Source: Eledone cirrhosa
Lineage: Eukaryota
Direction of reading: 5' to 3'
Assembly (NCBI GenBank): GCA_964016885.1
Contig: OZ024740.1
Span: forward strand, 61,194,001 to 61,258,000
Length of the DNA: 64,000 nt
How positions within the stretch are numbered: position 1 is the first letter of the stretch; each line of letters begins with the position of its first letter. The notes beneath the pieces are model-generated. The model had not been told where the DNA came from. It did no database searches and saw only the letters and a program-made list of their open reading frames with translations. A program made the position numbers and the translations under genes. Of the stretch, positions 12,876-26,494 are shown piece after piece.

Positions 12876-13699
12876 ACTAGCAGAAAACCACCCGGTGGGC
12901 GGTTTTCTGCTAGCAAATCTAGTGTATATACTGATATTGTTGAGATTTGGATGAGAAATGTTTTCGGCACCACATGTTCACCGTCTCTCGGTGTGTCTTT
13001 TATGCATGTATAAATATATATGTTATCTATACGGTGAAATCTTTGAAATAAATATATGTTAAAACGAAAAAGGAGAAAAAGAGATTAGTGACGGAAATAT
13101 AAACGTTATGATACATAAACGTTATGATATAACGATGGAAATATATCTTCAAATGGTCCTTGGCATGGTGTCAAGTCAGAACCGCCTCGAACTGGTTACT
13201 TCTGGCTTGTGCAAGGTGTCTCTATAGCAACCAGCGATTCCCTCGGCCTCAGTGACCAAAGTCAGTGGAGAGGGGATGGTAATGTTTCTATAGCGACAGT
13301 GTTTCTCTTGGTAGTACCAAAGTGGAGAAAGGAAGGGGAAGGTAATATTTCTGTAGCACCTACATTTGAGTTTTAGGGAAGGACAGACAGACAGACAGAC
13401 AGAGAAATGCCCATATATTTCTGTGTGTGTATATATATATATATATATATTACACACACAGAAATGTATATATATTTCTGTGTGTGTATATATATATATA
13501 TACACACACAGAAATGTATATATATTTCTGTGTGTATATATATATATATATTACACACACAGAAATGTATATATATTTCTTAGAACAAAATTATTATTAA
13601 TGTTTTGCTGTTCATAACAATTGGAATTGAAAAATTACTTTTGAAATTATTAGTTATTTTACTAATGCTTAGATATGTAAAAATGAAGCAATGTTTCTA

Positions 13700-13890
13700 A
13701 TAATTGTTTCTACTTTTGGCACAAGGCCAGCAATTACCCAGTACATTACTGGTACTTTATTTTATCGACCCCGTGAGGATGAAAGGCAAAGTTAACCTCG
13801 GCGGTATTTGAAATCAGACCGTAAAGGGACGTAACTCCATGCTATGAAGCATGGTGTCCGACTCTCTACAGATTCTGCCAATCCACCGCC
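13700..13890 (-). mobile_element. tRNA-derived SINE (duplicate at ~18662-18853)
   Basis: Same family core: CTGGTACTTTATTTTATCGACCCC..GGATGAAAGGCAAAG. Confidence 0.85.
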
Positions 13891-14210
13891 CTAATGTCTG
13901 TACGTAATGAGGGAGTGAGAGGGGAGAGAAAGAAAGGCAGAGGTGAAGTGACGAACTGACTCTCTCCTCCTCCTCCTCCTCCTCCTCCTCCTCCTCCTCC
14001 TCCTCCTCCTCCATCTCCCCATTCGTCACAGCGATAGAGGAGAGGAATGTTAGTGTGTTACAAAGAGAAAGAGTGAGAGTGAGAGAAACAGACAGACTAA
14101 AAGAGAGGGATAGCTGGAGAGAGAGAGAGATAGCAACCACGCGCGCACGTGTTTCCACTGTCGGACAGACAGACAGAGAAATTGCTGGTTATATATTATA
14201 AGGATATATA

Positions 14211-14625
14211 CTAGCAGAGGTACCCAGCGTTGCTCGGGTATTAAATAGCAGTTATGTATACCATTTATGTCAATACTTCAGTGCTGCTTCGAAAACTATA
14301 CTTTTACAAAATCATCGGCTTTTTCCAGGGGTCCCATACTCAATATGTGCCAATTCTGAGAGTTCACATTCATCTGTAGAACAAACGTAGCCCATGTGTC
14401 AAGTTTTGTGAAAATCGGTTGCGAACTCCATAAGTTATGACGTTTTTTTGCATTGCACTGCAGTGCTTCAGTCGACTCCAAGGAAGTGGTTAAAGGGGTT
14501 ATCTACCGGGAGGCCCTATAATCAATATCTGGAAAAATGACAGTGCCCATGACCATCCAGAGTACATAAATAACCTATGTCTTAAGTTTGGTGAAAATAC
14601 TGTAGAAATGCATAAGGCAACACAC
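14211..14625 (-). mobile_element. Non-autonomous Helitron-like element, 3' portion (duplicate at 19177-19590; inverted homologue at 22150-22558)
   Basis: Minus-strand 3' end CCCGAGCAACGCTGGG-TACCTCTG-CTAG|T. Confidence 0.65.
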
Positions 14626-14651
14626 ACACGCGCGCGCACGTGTGTATGTGT

Positions 14652-14768
<117 letters not shown>

Positions 14769-15987
14769 TTTTATAACAAATAATTTTAATTAATATATAC
14801 CACCTTGTATGAAAGATAACTGTTAGAATTAGGCATCCGTTTTCGGATGTTAGAAATTACACCAGCAATTCTTTTACTAAGAGTAAACGATTTGTTTCTA
14901 TTGTAAAGTTGCCTAGAAACCACTAACATTAGTTGTTGCGTTCAAGCTATGTTTAAATATAGTGATAACAAAAACTGCAGATTAAGACAATAATCTCTTC
15001 TTAACATCCTTTTGACAATATATTTTATTACTATTATATGTATATTAGCTAGGTCAAAGAGCGTGAGATATAAATGTATGATATTTAATATTCATTTACT
15101 TCCAGTCAGACAGGAGGGAAGGGCCAAGATAGCGTAGGGCTACGATTTTGAAGTGTGTAGGTGTGTGTGTGTCTCTGTGTGTGGTGGGGGTTACTGTCCT
15201 GAAATTCAAGTTCTTTTAGTGTTCTTTTCCTTGGAAATACATCACCTACACTGCATTCACATGTGTATACCCTTAACCCACACATAAACCATATGTATTT
15301 AACACTAAAATCGACCTGGAGAGAACGTTTTGAGGAGGCAAGTCGGCCTGGTCGGTGGCGTTTGCGGAAAGCGCGCTGGAACTCCTTGGCGGGGATGCAA
15401 CAGAAGTCTGGCAAAACTTCCTAGAGCGCCTGGACGGCTGGATGGGGGAACTCCGAACTCCCTCAAAATATTTAACGGATAGATTTAAATTGGGCCTATA
15501 TTTCACATCTGGTTTGTGGCTTGGGCCTAGTGCCAGTGTTGAATGTGGGTGTCCTATATTTTACATCTGGCCTGGGACTATTACCAGCGTTGCTCTCTTT
15601 TGTTGGTTCATTCCTTTTTTCTTACCCTTTTTCCTATTTTCCTTTCTTTATGTCCTTATTGCCATACATAATGTACAGGTTTTTATTACTGAATATTTAA
15701 TATTGCAGAAAATCTTAGGAAATTAAACAATTTAATGTATTGACCTTCGACAACTTAAACAGGTGGAATGGATATATTAGGTAAATAAATATATCAATTT
15801 CAGTTTTTATATGTCAACATGCACATCAACGAGGGAAACTCTTCGTAGTTTATGGAACGGCAAAAATAGCAGCCAAATATCAACCAAAATAAAAACACAC
15901 TTCTGTTTTTTCTAAAGAAGGAAGGACTTAAGAACAGCAAAAAAACACACATACACACGCACATACACAAAAACACTCACACATCTG

Positions 15988-16036
<49 letters not shown>

Positions 16037-17425
16037 TTACGGGGACGATAAAATAAAGTACCAGTAATGTACTGGGATAATTCCTGACCTTGTGCCCAAA
16101 GTAGAAACAATTATTAGTTGCAGGGCAATGGCTCTACCGGCCTACTCTTCCTCAATTTCTTCCAGTCAGGCTTTCATCAGCGAGATCCTCTGTAAGACGG
16201 CCGAAACTGACGTGGCCCCAAGCTCGAACGAACTTTGGCCGACTGGACAGGCGAAGGCTTCTCTGTCCCCCAGTATACAAATGTCCAGCGTAACTGGGAG
16301 GATATCAAATGAAGGTCTTCCTAAAGGCAGATCGAGTCTGGCTTGGATCAACGCTGCCTCGCCTGCCTCCGCTCCGCTTCACAGCCAAAGAGCGGTGCAT
16401 GGCTCAATTCGGTGCCCTCATCAACAACCGGTATCCTTCCTTTTCAGTTTTTTAATAATTGTAGTGTTTTTCTAATTATTTTATAATCATTCATTGCTGT
16501 AGTTACTCATTTATTAAATTGTGCATATTTTTAATGAATGCATTTGAAAGGTTAAAGAAGATTTTTATTATGATGATAGAATTTGAGCGCGATGGATTTG
16601 CAGTATCGGTAGAGTGTCGGACGCCATGCTTTGCAACATAGAATTACGGCCCTTTATGATCTGAGTTCAAATCCTATCGAGGTTAAATTTGCCTTTTATA
16701 CTTAAGGGGTTGATAAAATAAAGTACCAGTCACGCACTGGGATCAGTTTAATCGACTTTCCCCTTCCCCAAAATTGCTGGCCTTGTGCCTATATAAGATA
16801 CCATTATGATGATAACATTTAGGTAACTAATTTCTCGAAATAACTTTATTAATTTCTTTATCCCTCTTACTGTTAGCTGCCACATTTGTGTGTTGCACAA
16901 GAGAACAACTGACAACTGTACACGTGCTTGTCTTTTTCAAATGTTCTGTGTCCTTTAATCTCCACGTTTTTTCAAAATTATATATATTCTAGCAGTGGTA
17001 CTCGGCGTTGCACGGGATAAGGTATTTTAGAACGCGGGCTGCCAACAGACCTAATCGTGGAAAAACTGCATGCCTGGACAATATGTAAAGAAAATAAACC
17101 GAATACTCTGATGGCTGGATAATCTTTAAGATTTTCACCTAATGCGGGCCCTAGACCATAACAAAGTTGGATTTACTTTGCTCACGGTATGAAGAAGAGA
17201 TTGACTAATACATAGTTACAATTTCAAGGAAATCAGACTCACGTAACGACTAAAAAAACCCCTAAAAACCTGAAAAACACAGTTTTTCAACTAATGCGGT
17301 CCCTAGGGTATCAAAAAGTTGAATTTGTTATGTGCATAACACTCCCTGAAACATAAGTAATACACATGTAAAGTTTGAAAAAAGTCCGTTGGGTACTTCT
17401 CGAGTTTTAGGGATTCAAACTCACA

Positions 17426-17541
<116 letters not shown>

Positions 17542-18427
17542 TCCTCAGGGAAGTGACGTAATGCAGACAGCCAGACATACAGACAGATATTAGAAGGGCG
17601 CGACGTTATATGTATGTATCTATCTAAAAAGAGAAATACTAAGACTATAGAGAGAGATCGCTAAATCGCCTAATGCGGTCCCTAGGGCATTAAAAATTTG
17701 AAATTCATTTTGCTCAGAACACTCCCTGAAACATAAGTATTACATGTGTAAAGTTTGAAAACAGTCGGTTGGGTGGTTCTCGAGTTTTAGGGATTCAAAC
17801 TCACACACACAGACAGACATCCTCAGTTTTATATATATAGACTAGCAGAAAACCACCCGGTGGGCGGTTTTCTGCTAGCAAATCTAGTGTATATACTGAT
17901 ATTGTTGAGATTTGGATGAGAAATGTTTTCGGCACCACATGTTCACCGTCTCTCGGTGTGTCTTTTATGCATGTATAAATATATATGTTATCTATACGGT
18001 GAAATCTTTGAAATAAATATATGTTAAAACGAAAAAGGAGAAAAAGAGATTAGTGACGGAAATATAAACGTTATGATATAACGATGGAAATATATCTTCA
18101 AATGGTCCTTGGCATGGTGTCAAGTCAGAACCGCCTCGAACTGGTTACTTCTGGCTTGTGCAAGGTGTCTCTATAGCAACCAGCGATTCCCTCGGCCTCA
18201 GTGACCAAAGTCAGTGGAGAGGGGATGGTAATGTTTCTATAGCGACAGTGTTTCTCTTGGTAGTACCAAAGTGGAGAAAGGAGGGGGAAGGTAATATTTC
18301 TGTAGCACCTACATTTGAGTTTTAGGGAAGGACAGACAGACAGACAGACAGAGAAATGCCCATATATTTCTGTGTGTGTATATATATATATATATATATT
18401 ACACACACAGAAATGTATATATATTTC

Positions 18428-18473
<46 letters not shown>

Positions 18474-19617
18474 GAAATGTATATATATTTCTGTGTGTAT
18501 ATATATATATATATTACACACACAGAAATGTATATATATTTCTTAGAACAAAATTATTATTAATGTTTTGCTGTTCAGAACAATTGGAATTGAAAAATTA
18601 CTTTTGAAATTATTAGTTATTTTACTAATGCTTAGATATGTAAAAATGAAGCAATGTTTCTAATAATTGTTTCTACTTTTGGCACAAGGCCAGCAATTAC
18701 CCAGTACATTACTGGTACTTTATTTTATCGACCCCATGAGGATGAAAGGCAAAGTTAACCTCGGCGGTATTTGAAATCAGACCGTAAAGGGACGTAACTC
18801 CATGCTATGAAGCATGGTGTCCGACTCTCTACAGATTCTGCCAATCCACCGCCCTAATGTCTGTACGTAATGAGGGAGTGAGAGGGGAGAGAAAGAAAGG
18901 CAGAGGTGAAGTGACGAACTGACTCTCTCCTCCTCCTCCTCCTCCTCCTCCTCCTCCTCCTCCTCCTCCTCCTCCTCCATCTCCCCATTCGTCACAGCGA
19001 TAGAGGAGAGGAATGTTAGTGTGTTACAAAGAGAAAGAGTGAGAGTGAGAGAAACAGACAGACTAAAAGAGAGGGATAGCTGGAGAGAGAGAGAGATAGC
19101 AACCACGCGCGCACGTGTTTCCACTGTCGGACAGACAGACAGAGAAATTGCTGGTTATATATTATAAGGATATATACTAGCAGAGGTACCCAGCGTTGCT
19201 CGGGTATTAAATAGCAGTTATGTATACCATTTATGTCAATACTTCAGTGCTGCTTCGAAAACTATACTTTTACAAAATCATCGGCTTTTTCCAGGGGTCC
19301 CATACTCAATATGTGCCAATTCTGAGAGTTCACATTCATCTGTAGAACAAACGTAGCCCATGTGTCAAGTTTTGTGAAAATCGGTTGCGAACTCCATAAG
19401 TTATGACGTTTTTTTGCATTGCACTGCAGTGCTTCAGTCGACTCCAAGGAAGTGGTTAAAGGGGTTATCTACCGGGAGGCCCTATAATCAATATCTGGAA
19501 AAATGACAGTGCCCATGACCATCCAGAGTACATAAATAACCTATGTCTTAAGTTTGGTGAAAATACTGTAGAAATGCATAAGGCAACACACACACGCGCG
19601 CGCACGTGTGTATGTGT

Positions 19618-19697
<80 letters not shown>

Positions 19698-20091
19698 ATT
19701 TGTGCGTGCGTATGTATATGTATGTATATGTTCGTAGGCGCATACGTATGTACTGGCCTAAATATTCACTATTTACTTTTACTATGTTAAGGCAAAGTTA
19801 AAATCCCGTCGAAGTTAACTTTGCCTTTCATCCTTATGGGGTCGATAAAATAAAGTACCAGTAATGTACTGGTATTTGCTGGCCTTGTGCCAAAAGTAGA
19901 AACAACTATTTTAATAACCTGTCATTTTCGTTTACAATTTTATTTATTTACATCATTCTTAAACTCCGGGGCTGGAAATCATTCGGTTATTTTAAATAGA
20001 ATATTAGTCTAACGACTCCATTTACACCATAAACTTGGTGTTATCTTTGCATGAAATTGTTCTTCTCGGTCCACCGCGTCGTTTATACGTA

Positions 20092-20783
20092 ACATAAATA
20101 GATAAACAAATGATGCCATAAAAGGGAAATAACTCGTCTCTCATCTCTATTTATACATTTGAACTGAAAAATCAATACATTGCAGATTCGATTTTTGCAC
20201 TTGGCGTGGATCGATTTGAAAAATATTTTGACCGATGTCTTCGCCGGACCTTCATCTATAAGTGTAGCAATTTCACCGAAATTTGATCGTACGGTTTAAG
20301 AGGAGATGTGTGCCGACCGTTTTAGTAGACAGACAGACAGACAGACAACCTCCGTTTTATTTATATAGATCTATATATATAAAACTGAGGTTGTCTGTCT
20401 GTCTACTAAAACGGTCGGCACACATCCCCTCTTAAACTGTACGTTCAAATTTCGGTGAAATTGCTACACTTATAGATGAAGGTCCGGCGGAGATATCGGT
20501 CAAAACATTTTTCAAATCGACCCACGCCAAGTGCAAAAATCGAATCTGCAATGTATTGATTTTTCAGTTCAAATGTATAAATAGAGATGAGAGACGAGTT
20601 ATTTCCCTTTTATGGCGTCATTTGTTTATCTATTTACGTTACGAACAAACTACACGTACAAAAATACGCGAACAGTTTTCGGGCCAGCAAAATTTTAACC
20701 TGCAAAATTCATGAGTTTGAAGTTTCAACATTAAGCTTCCATTTTGCTTCATTTCCATTAAAAAGTCTTTTAAAACAATATTT
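20092..20783. mobile_element. Head-to-head Helitron-like 5' ends forming a palindrome
   Basis: Centre ATAGATCTAT at 20365-20374; arms ~20092-20369 and ~20370-20640. Confidence 0.7.
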
Positions 20784-21345
20784 CAGCGCATCAGCCTTGC
20801 CATCACCCGAGGCAAAGCTGCGAGTGTGCTGGCTTGCCTCAAAATTAGAGAGGTTGCTCAGTACTCGCGACGTTGCTGTCTTTTGCTCTGGTGTTGGCTC
20901 CGTTGTTCACCCCTTCCTTTGCATTTTCTTTAATATTGTAGCATTGAAGGAATATATCTTTCATTGTATCATCCTTTGTAGTGTTACCGAGGTTAACTTT
21001 GCCTTTCATCCTTACGGGGTCGATAAAATAAAGTACCAGTAATGCACTGGGATAATTGCTGGCCTTGTGCCAAAAGTAGAAACAGTTATTTATGTATATA
21101 TTTAAAATATATTTGTTATGTTATTCTACTGTAAATTTATTTATATGCTCTGTTTATATTTTCATTCTCACTACCCTAAAAAATCTATGAAACTACATAC
21201 ATGTTGCAACTCTCTCTCTATATATATATTACACACACACATATACATATACATCTAAAGAGAGAAAGGGAGATGTAGAGAGAGAGAGAGAGAGAGTGAG
21301 ATAGGTCGTTATACAGAGAGAGGTACAAGATAATCAGGTAGAGAG

Positions 21346-21391
<46 letters not shown>

Positions 21392-21405
21392 GCGACGAAC
21401 GCTGG

Positions 21406-21462
<57 letters not shown>

Positions 21463-21573
21463 ACACACACACAAATACATATATATATATAAAGAGAGAG
21501 AGAGAGAGAGAGATCTGCGCGTTCTTTATTGTTCTCCATTCTGTAAAAGAAGAGAGAGAGGGAGAGAGAGAGA

Positions 21574-21623
<50 letters not shown>

Positions 21624-23599
21624 GTATGAGAAAAAAGGGAGAGGGGTTGAGAAAGAAAGAAAGAAAGTTTAAGCAAAGAATCGTTTTTTTCAACATTAAC
21701 GGGATCTTAAACTAATAAATTCAATCTGTGAACGCAGAATTAAATATTTCGAGAAACGTTGCAACCGAAGGAAAACAGGAAGACGATACTTTGGTTCGTG
21801 AAGACGTTCCGTGGTAATGAACGGCAAACACGAGGATAATACGTCGTTATGTGGATGGAAGAGAACAATTTCATGCAAAGACGAGACCAAGTTTATGGTG
21901 TAAATAGAGTCGTTAGACTAATATTCTATTTAAAATAACCGAATGATTTCCAGCTCCGGAGTTTAAGAATGATGTAAATAAAATTGTAAACGAAAATGAC
22001 AGAGATTATTAAAATAGTTGTTTCTACTTTTGGCACAAGGCCAGCAATTTGGTACTTTATTTTATCGACCCCGTAAGGATGAAAGGCAAAGTTAACCTCG
22101 ACAGGATTTTAACTTTGCCTTAAAATAGTAAAAGTAAATAGTGTGTGTAAACCTTATGCATTCCTACAGTATTTTCACCAAACTTAAGACATAGGTTACT
22201 TATGGTCATGGGCACTTTCATTTTTCCGGATATTGATTATAGGGCCTCCCGGCAGATAACCGCCTTCAACCGCTTCCTTGGAGTCGACTGAAGCACTGCA
22301 GTGCAATGCAACAAAACGTCATAATTTCTGGAGTTCGCAACCGATTTTCACAAAACTTGACACATGGTTCTACAGATGAATGTGAACTCTCAGAATTGGC
22401 ACATATTGAGTAGGGGACCCCTGGGGGCAGGAACCCCCTTTTGGAAAAAGCCGATGATTTTGTAAAAGTATAGTTTTCCAAGCAGCACTGAAGTATTGAC
22501 ATAAATGGTATACATAACTGGTATTTAATACTCGAGCAACGCCGGGTACCTCTGCTAGTATATAATATGTAGAAAAGATATAACTGACTAAATCCTTCCA
22601 ATGTAGTGCCCCAGCAGAGCCGAACTCTGTTGACATATAAAAATATATATGTAAACATATATACATGCTCTAACAGTTTTCAAAATACTGATCTTTTCAA
22701 AATACTGATTACAAGAGTTGTCCCCCTTACATTTTTCATTCTCGAGCAGTGTAACAGTGCGTATTTATTTTTTGGGAATAGGTTACGTAGCCGGTCCCGG
22801 CAAAATAGACAAACATGCTTTTTAAGCTTATTTTACTGGTAAACTCTAAAGAGACGCAACTCTAGCCGGGGTTCCGGAAGCTTATTTGACCGCTAAATAA
22901 TAAATAGTGTTTTAGAACCGAGTTAGTGACTACTATCTTTAATCCAGGTCGTGAATTTCTGCTAAAATTCTTAATTTCGAAAATATTTGACTCTGCTAAA
23001 ATTCTTAAGCCATGGAACTCAGTAACTAAAGTGTAACGTACGTTACAAATGGACGCAACACAAGCAGAATTATAATATGATGATGACTAAATGATTTTAA
23101 CTTGTTTTTAACAATTGATGCTGGAAAAGATTTCAAGTTGTCTTAACAATTGTCTTAACTTAGGCCGCAACTCATGGTCTCTGACACGGTTACCGGCTAA
23201 ATAGTCTGTTAGTCTATTTTACCGGGACCGGCTACATAGCCTCTTACTATTCTTTTTTCGTTCTTTTTTAAATTCTTGGAGAGAGAGGGAGGGGAGGATG
23301 ATGTTTATATGACTAGAACAGTGACACTCCTAATGATTTTATACAAATGAAACGGTTCTAGTTCTGTAGAAGTCATTTCTATATAAAATAAATAGGCTTT
23401 TTCTCTACTAACGCATTGAGTACCTTATTTAACTGAGGTTTTTTTCTCGATTTCCTTTGAAAAAAGTTATATATATATATAAACGTTTGAATATGTATAA
23501 TAAAGCCAAAACAATGCAGGTATGGACATAGAAAAAAGAATGCAATTGCAAAAGATATTGTTGACAATTCGTCTTTTACCTTAGATTTATTTTAAACGT

Positions 23600-23634
23600 C
23601 CTTAATTTTCGAGATAATATCTCTTCTTCAGAGG
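23600..23634 (-). ncRNA. Minimal hammerhead ribozyme (family F)
   Basis: Minus strand reads CCT CTGAAGA A GAGAT att ATCTC GAAA AT TA AGG. Confidence 0.65.
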
Positions 23635-23722
23635 GAAATAAAGGTCTCAAACCAGCGTTCTAAATATCTTGCCCTATATATCTTGCAAGATATTTAGAAC
23701 GCTGGTTTGAGACCTTTATTTC

Positions 23723-23757
23723 CCTCTGAAGACGAGATATTATCTCGAAAATTAAGG
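23723..23757 (+). ncRNA. Minimal hammerhead ribozyme (family F)
   Basis: CCT CTGAAGA C GAGAT att ATCTC GAAA AT TA AGG; stem III is reduced to the palindrome AATT. Confidence 0.65.
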
Positions 23758-23917
23758 ACGTCTAAAATAAATCTAAGGTAAAAGACGAATTGTCAACAAT
23801 ATCTTTTGCAATTGCATTCTTTTTTCTATGTCCATACCTGCATTGTTTTGGCTTTATTATACATATTCAAACGTTTATACCTCATTACACAATGCTTCAA
23901 GTGAACTATAACCTCCT

Positions 23918-23948
<31 letters not shown>

Positions 23949-23957
<9 letters not shown>

Positions 23958-24065
23958 GGCTTCTACAGGACTAGAACTATTTCATTCATTCGGGAGAAAC
24001 CATCAGGAAGTCCTGATGATTTCTCCCGAATGAAGCAGTTCTAGTCCTGTAGAAGCAATTTCTAT
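23949..24065. repeat. Fold-back palindrome with degenerate HHR-like core
   Basis: TAGAAATGGCTTCTACAGGACTAGAACT...AGTTCTAGTCCTGTAGAAGCAATTTCTA with CTGATGA at 24013. A homologue lies at 23330-23430. Confidence 0.65.
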
Positions 24066-24138
24066 ATTAAATATTTATACTCTGCTTTGTATTAAGTACC
24101 TTACTTACTGTGGTTACCCCGATTGAACCCGGGATAAA

Positions 24139-24229
<91 letters not shown>

Positions 24230-24363
24230 GGTTGTTTTGGAAGCCTCAACAATACAGATGGGTAAATCTACGGGTAATAGAATCAGGTGGTAATGGGAGA
24301 GATGTAAGAAGAAATGTAGAATGAGACGTATAGGGTGTAGAGGAACGTAGGAAAGAGTGTAAA

Positions 24364-24761
24364 AATAATTGTTTCTACTTTTGGCACAAGGCCAGCAATT
24401 ATCCCAGTGTATTACTGGTACTTTATTTTATTGACCCCGTAAGGATGAAAGGCAAAGTTAACCTCGGCGGGATTTGAACTCAGTCCGGAAATGGACGTAA
24501 CTGTGCTGCAAAGCATGGCGTCCGACTCTCTACCGATACTGCTAATCAACCGCCATAAAGAGTGTAAAAATAATTGTTTCTACTTTTGGCACAAGACCAG
24601 CAAATAACCAGTGTTTTACTGGTACTTTATTTTATCGACCCCGTAAGGATGAAAGGCAAAGTTAACCTCGGCGGGATTTGAACTCAGATTGGAAAGGGCC
24701 GTAACTCTATGCGTCAAAGCATGGTGTCCGACCCTCTACCGATACTACCAATCCACCGCCA
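24364..24761 (-). mobile_element. Two tandem tRNA-derived SINEs
   Basis: Copies at 24364-24555 and 24569-24761, each bounded by a repeated AGAGTGTAAAAATAAT-like flank. Confidence 0.85.
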
Positions 24762-25074
24762 TAAAAAGTGTAAAAATAATAACACGAGATAGAGTTACCT
24801 TGGAAGTGATTTAATTGTCCCTATATTTCGAATTTCGCATCCACCAGGTGTGGGTTTTCCGCTCTTTCCTACGTTACTCTACACCCTATACGTCTCATTC
24901 TACATTTCCTCTTACATCTCTCCCATCACCACCTGATTCTGTAAACCCGGAGATTTACCCATCTGCATTGTTGAGGCTTCCAAAACAACCAATTTTATTA
25001 TTCCACAATGCTTCAAGCAAATATATATATATATATATATATATGAAAAACCACAGACCCTCCATCTCAACTCA

Positions 25075-25112
25075 CCTTTTGAAAAGCAGAAGAACTGCGA
25101 AACCGGTAAAGG
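25075..25112 (+). ncRNA. Minimal hammerhead ribozyme, U3-A8 variant (family G)
   Basis: CCTT TTGAAAA GCAG aagaa CTGC GAAA CCGG TA AAGG. Confidence 0.75.
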
Positions 25113-26420
25113 AACCAAATAAATATATATATTTAAAAAAAAAATAAGACTTCAGTTGCATTTTCGATTTCATCTCTTTTTCTTTATACTTCCACTCGTG
25201 TAGGACACCTCGGTTATTTTTCATTTTGTAAAAAAAACCTCACTTTCTAATATATATATATATATATATACACGCACGCGCGCGCACAGACACACGCACA
25301 CACACACACACATGGATGGATGGATAGATGAATGGATGGATGGATGGATAAATAAATAAATAAATAAGTAAATAAATAAATTGTTATCGTCGTCTGCGTT
25401 CTTGTACTTGTCTTTGTTTAGCTGATGGTCAGATTTAGCAGACCTATGACCAAATTTTAACCTGATAGTTTATGTATTGTTTGATGTATCCTTTATTCAA
25501 TGTAGTAGAATGTAATTTGGAGGAGAGTTTGATGGTAAAACGGGAAAAGATAATGAATTTAGTGAACAGGAAAGTTTTATTCGTTCTACTAGAGGAAACA
25601 GAAAAGGAAGAAAAAGAAAGAAAAGGAAAAGGAGATGTGTGAAAGTTAGGCAGCGACAGCAACAACCTCAGTACCCCGATAATCACTTCTATCTATCAAT
25701 ACTCAATCTCCATTCCTTCAACATGTTCGTCGGAAATTAAATCCTGGAATATGGAATAATCTTTTCTACGAACATTGTCTTTACGTATTATCACTCGAAG
25801 AAAACGATTCTTCAGATGAACATTTATCTTTCATTGTAGACGAATATGAGAAAAAAATTAAAGAAAAATAAAACAGAAAAAGAACAATTGATGCAGGAAG
25901 AAGTAGATTGGTGACCCCGTCTTCGACTCGAAGCAGGGACACTGTACTCTGCACACCAGGAAAAGAAGAAGGAGAATGCGAATCTGACAAAAATGAAAAC
26001 GCAGAACCAAAATGACATAAATATAAACGATTAATGCATTCTAAATACAATGCTCCAAGTCCGCATGCACTTTCTGATTATGAATTATATTATATTATGC
26101 ATGTCTTCAACATTTTTATATAATTTTTGCATGAAACAACAATTATATTTCTCATTTACGTAATAAAAATCATATTAAAAAAAAATTATACAAAAAAAAA
26201 AAGAATAAATAAGGGGAAAAGCAAAACCGGCCGGGAGGTCGGTTTTGCTTTTTTAAAATTGTTATTTTTTTAAGAATGGGGCCCATATTGCACCGTTCAT
26301 AGTAGTCACTCGGTCGGTCGTGAGGTAATTATCTAAAATTTTATTATTTTTTTTTAACCCAGGCAACGCCGGGGGCTTCTGCTAATATATATTATATGTA
26401 CATATATATATGTACATATA

Positions 26421-26490
<70 letters not shown>

Positions 26491-26494
26491 TATA

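Larger units (their letters stand above)
23479..23877. mobile_element. Fold-back HHR-bearing element, family F
   Basis: Arms 23479-23671 and 23684-23877 are near-perfect reverse complements, with TA-rich flanks. Confidence 0.8.

Noticed and set aside
13814-14158. Poly-Glu protein ORF (and its duplicate at 18777-19124)
   Set aside because: A (CCT)n repeat running into SINE sequence, with no domain or splice support.
23970-24045. Functional hammerhead in the 23949-24065 palindrome
   Set aside because: CTGATGA is present, but GAAA is mutated in one arm and I could not form a convincing stem I; kept only as a degenerate relic.
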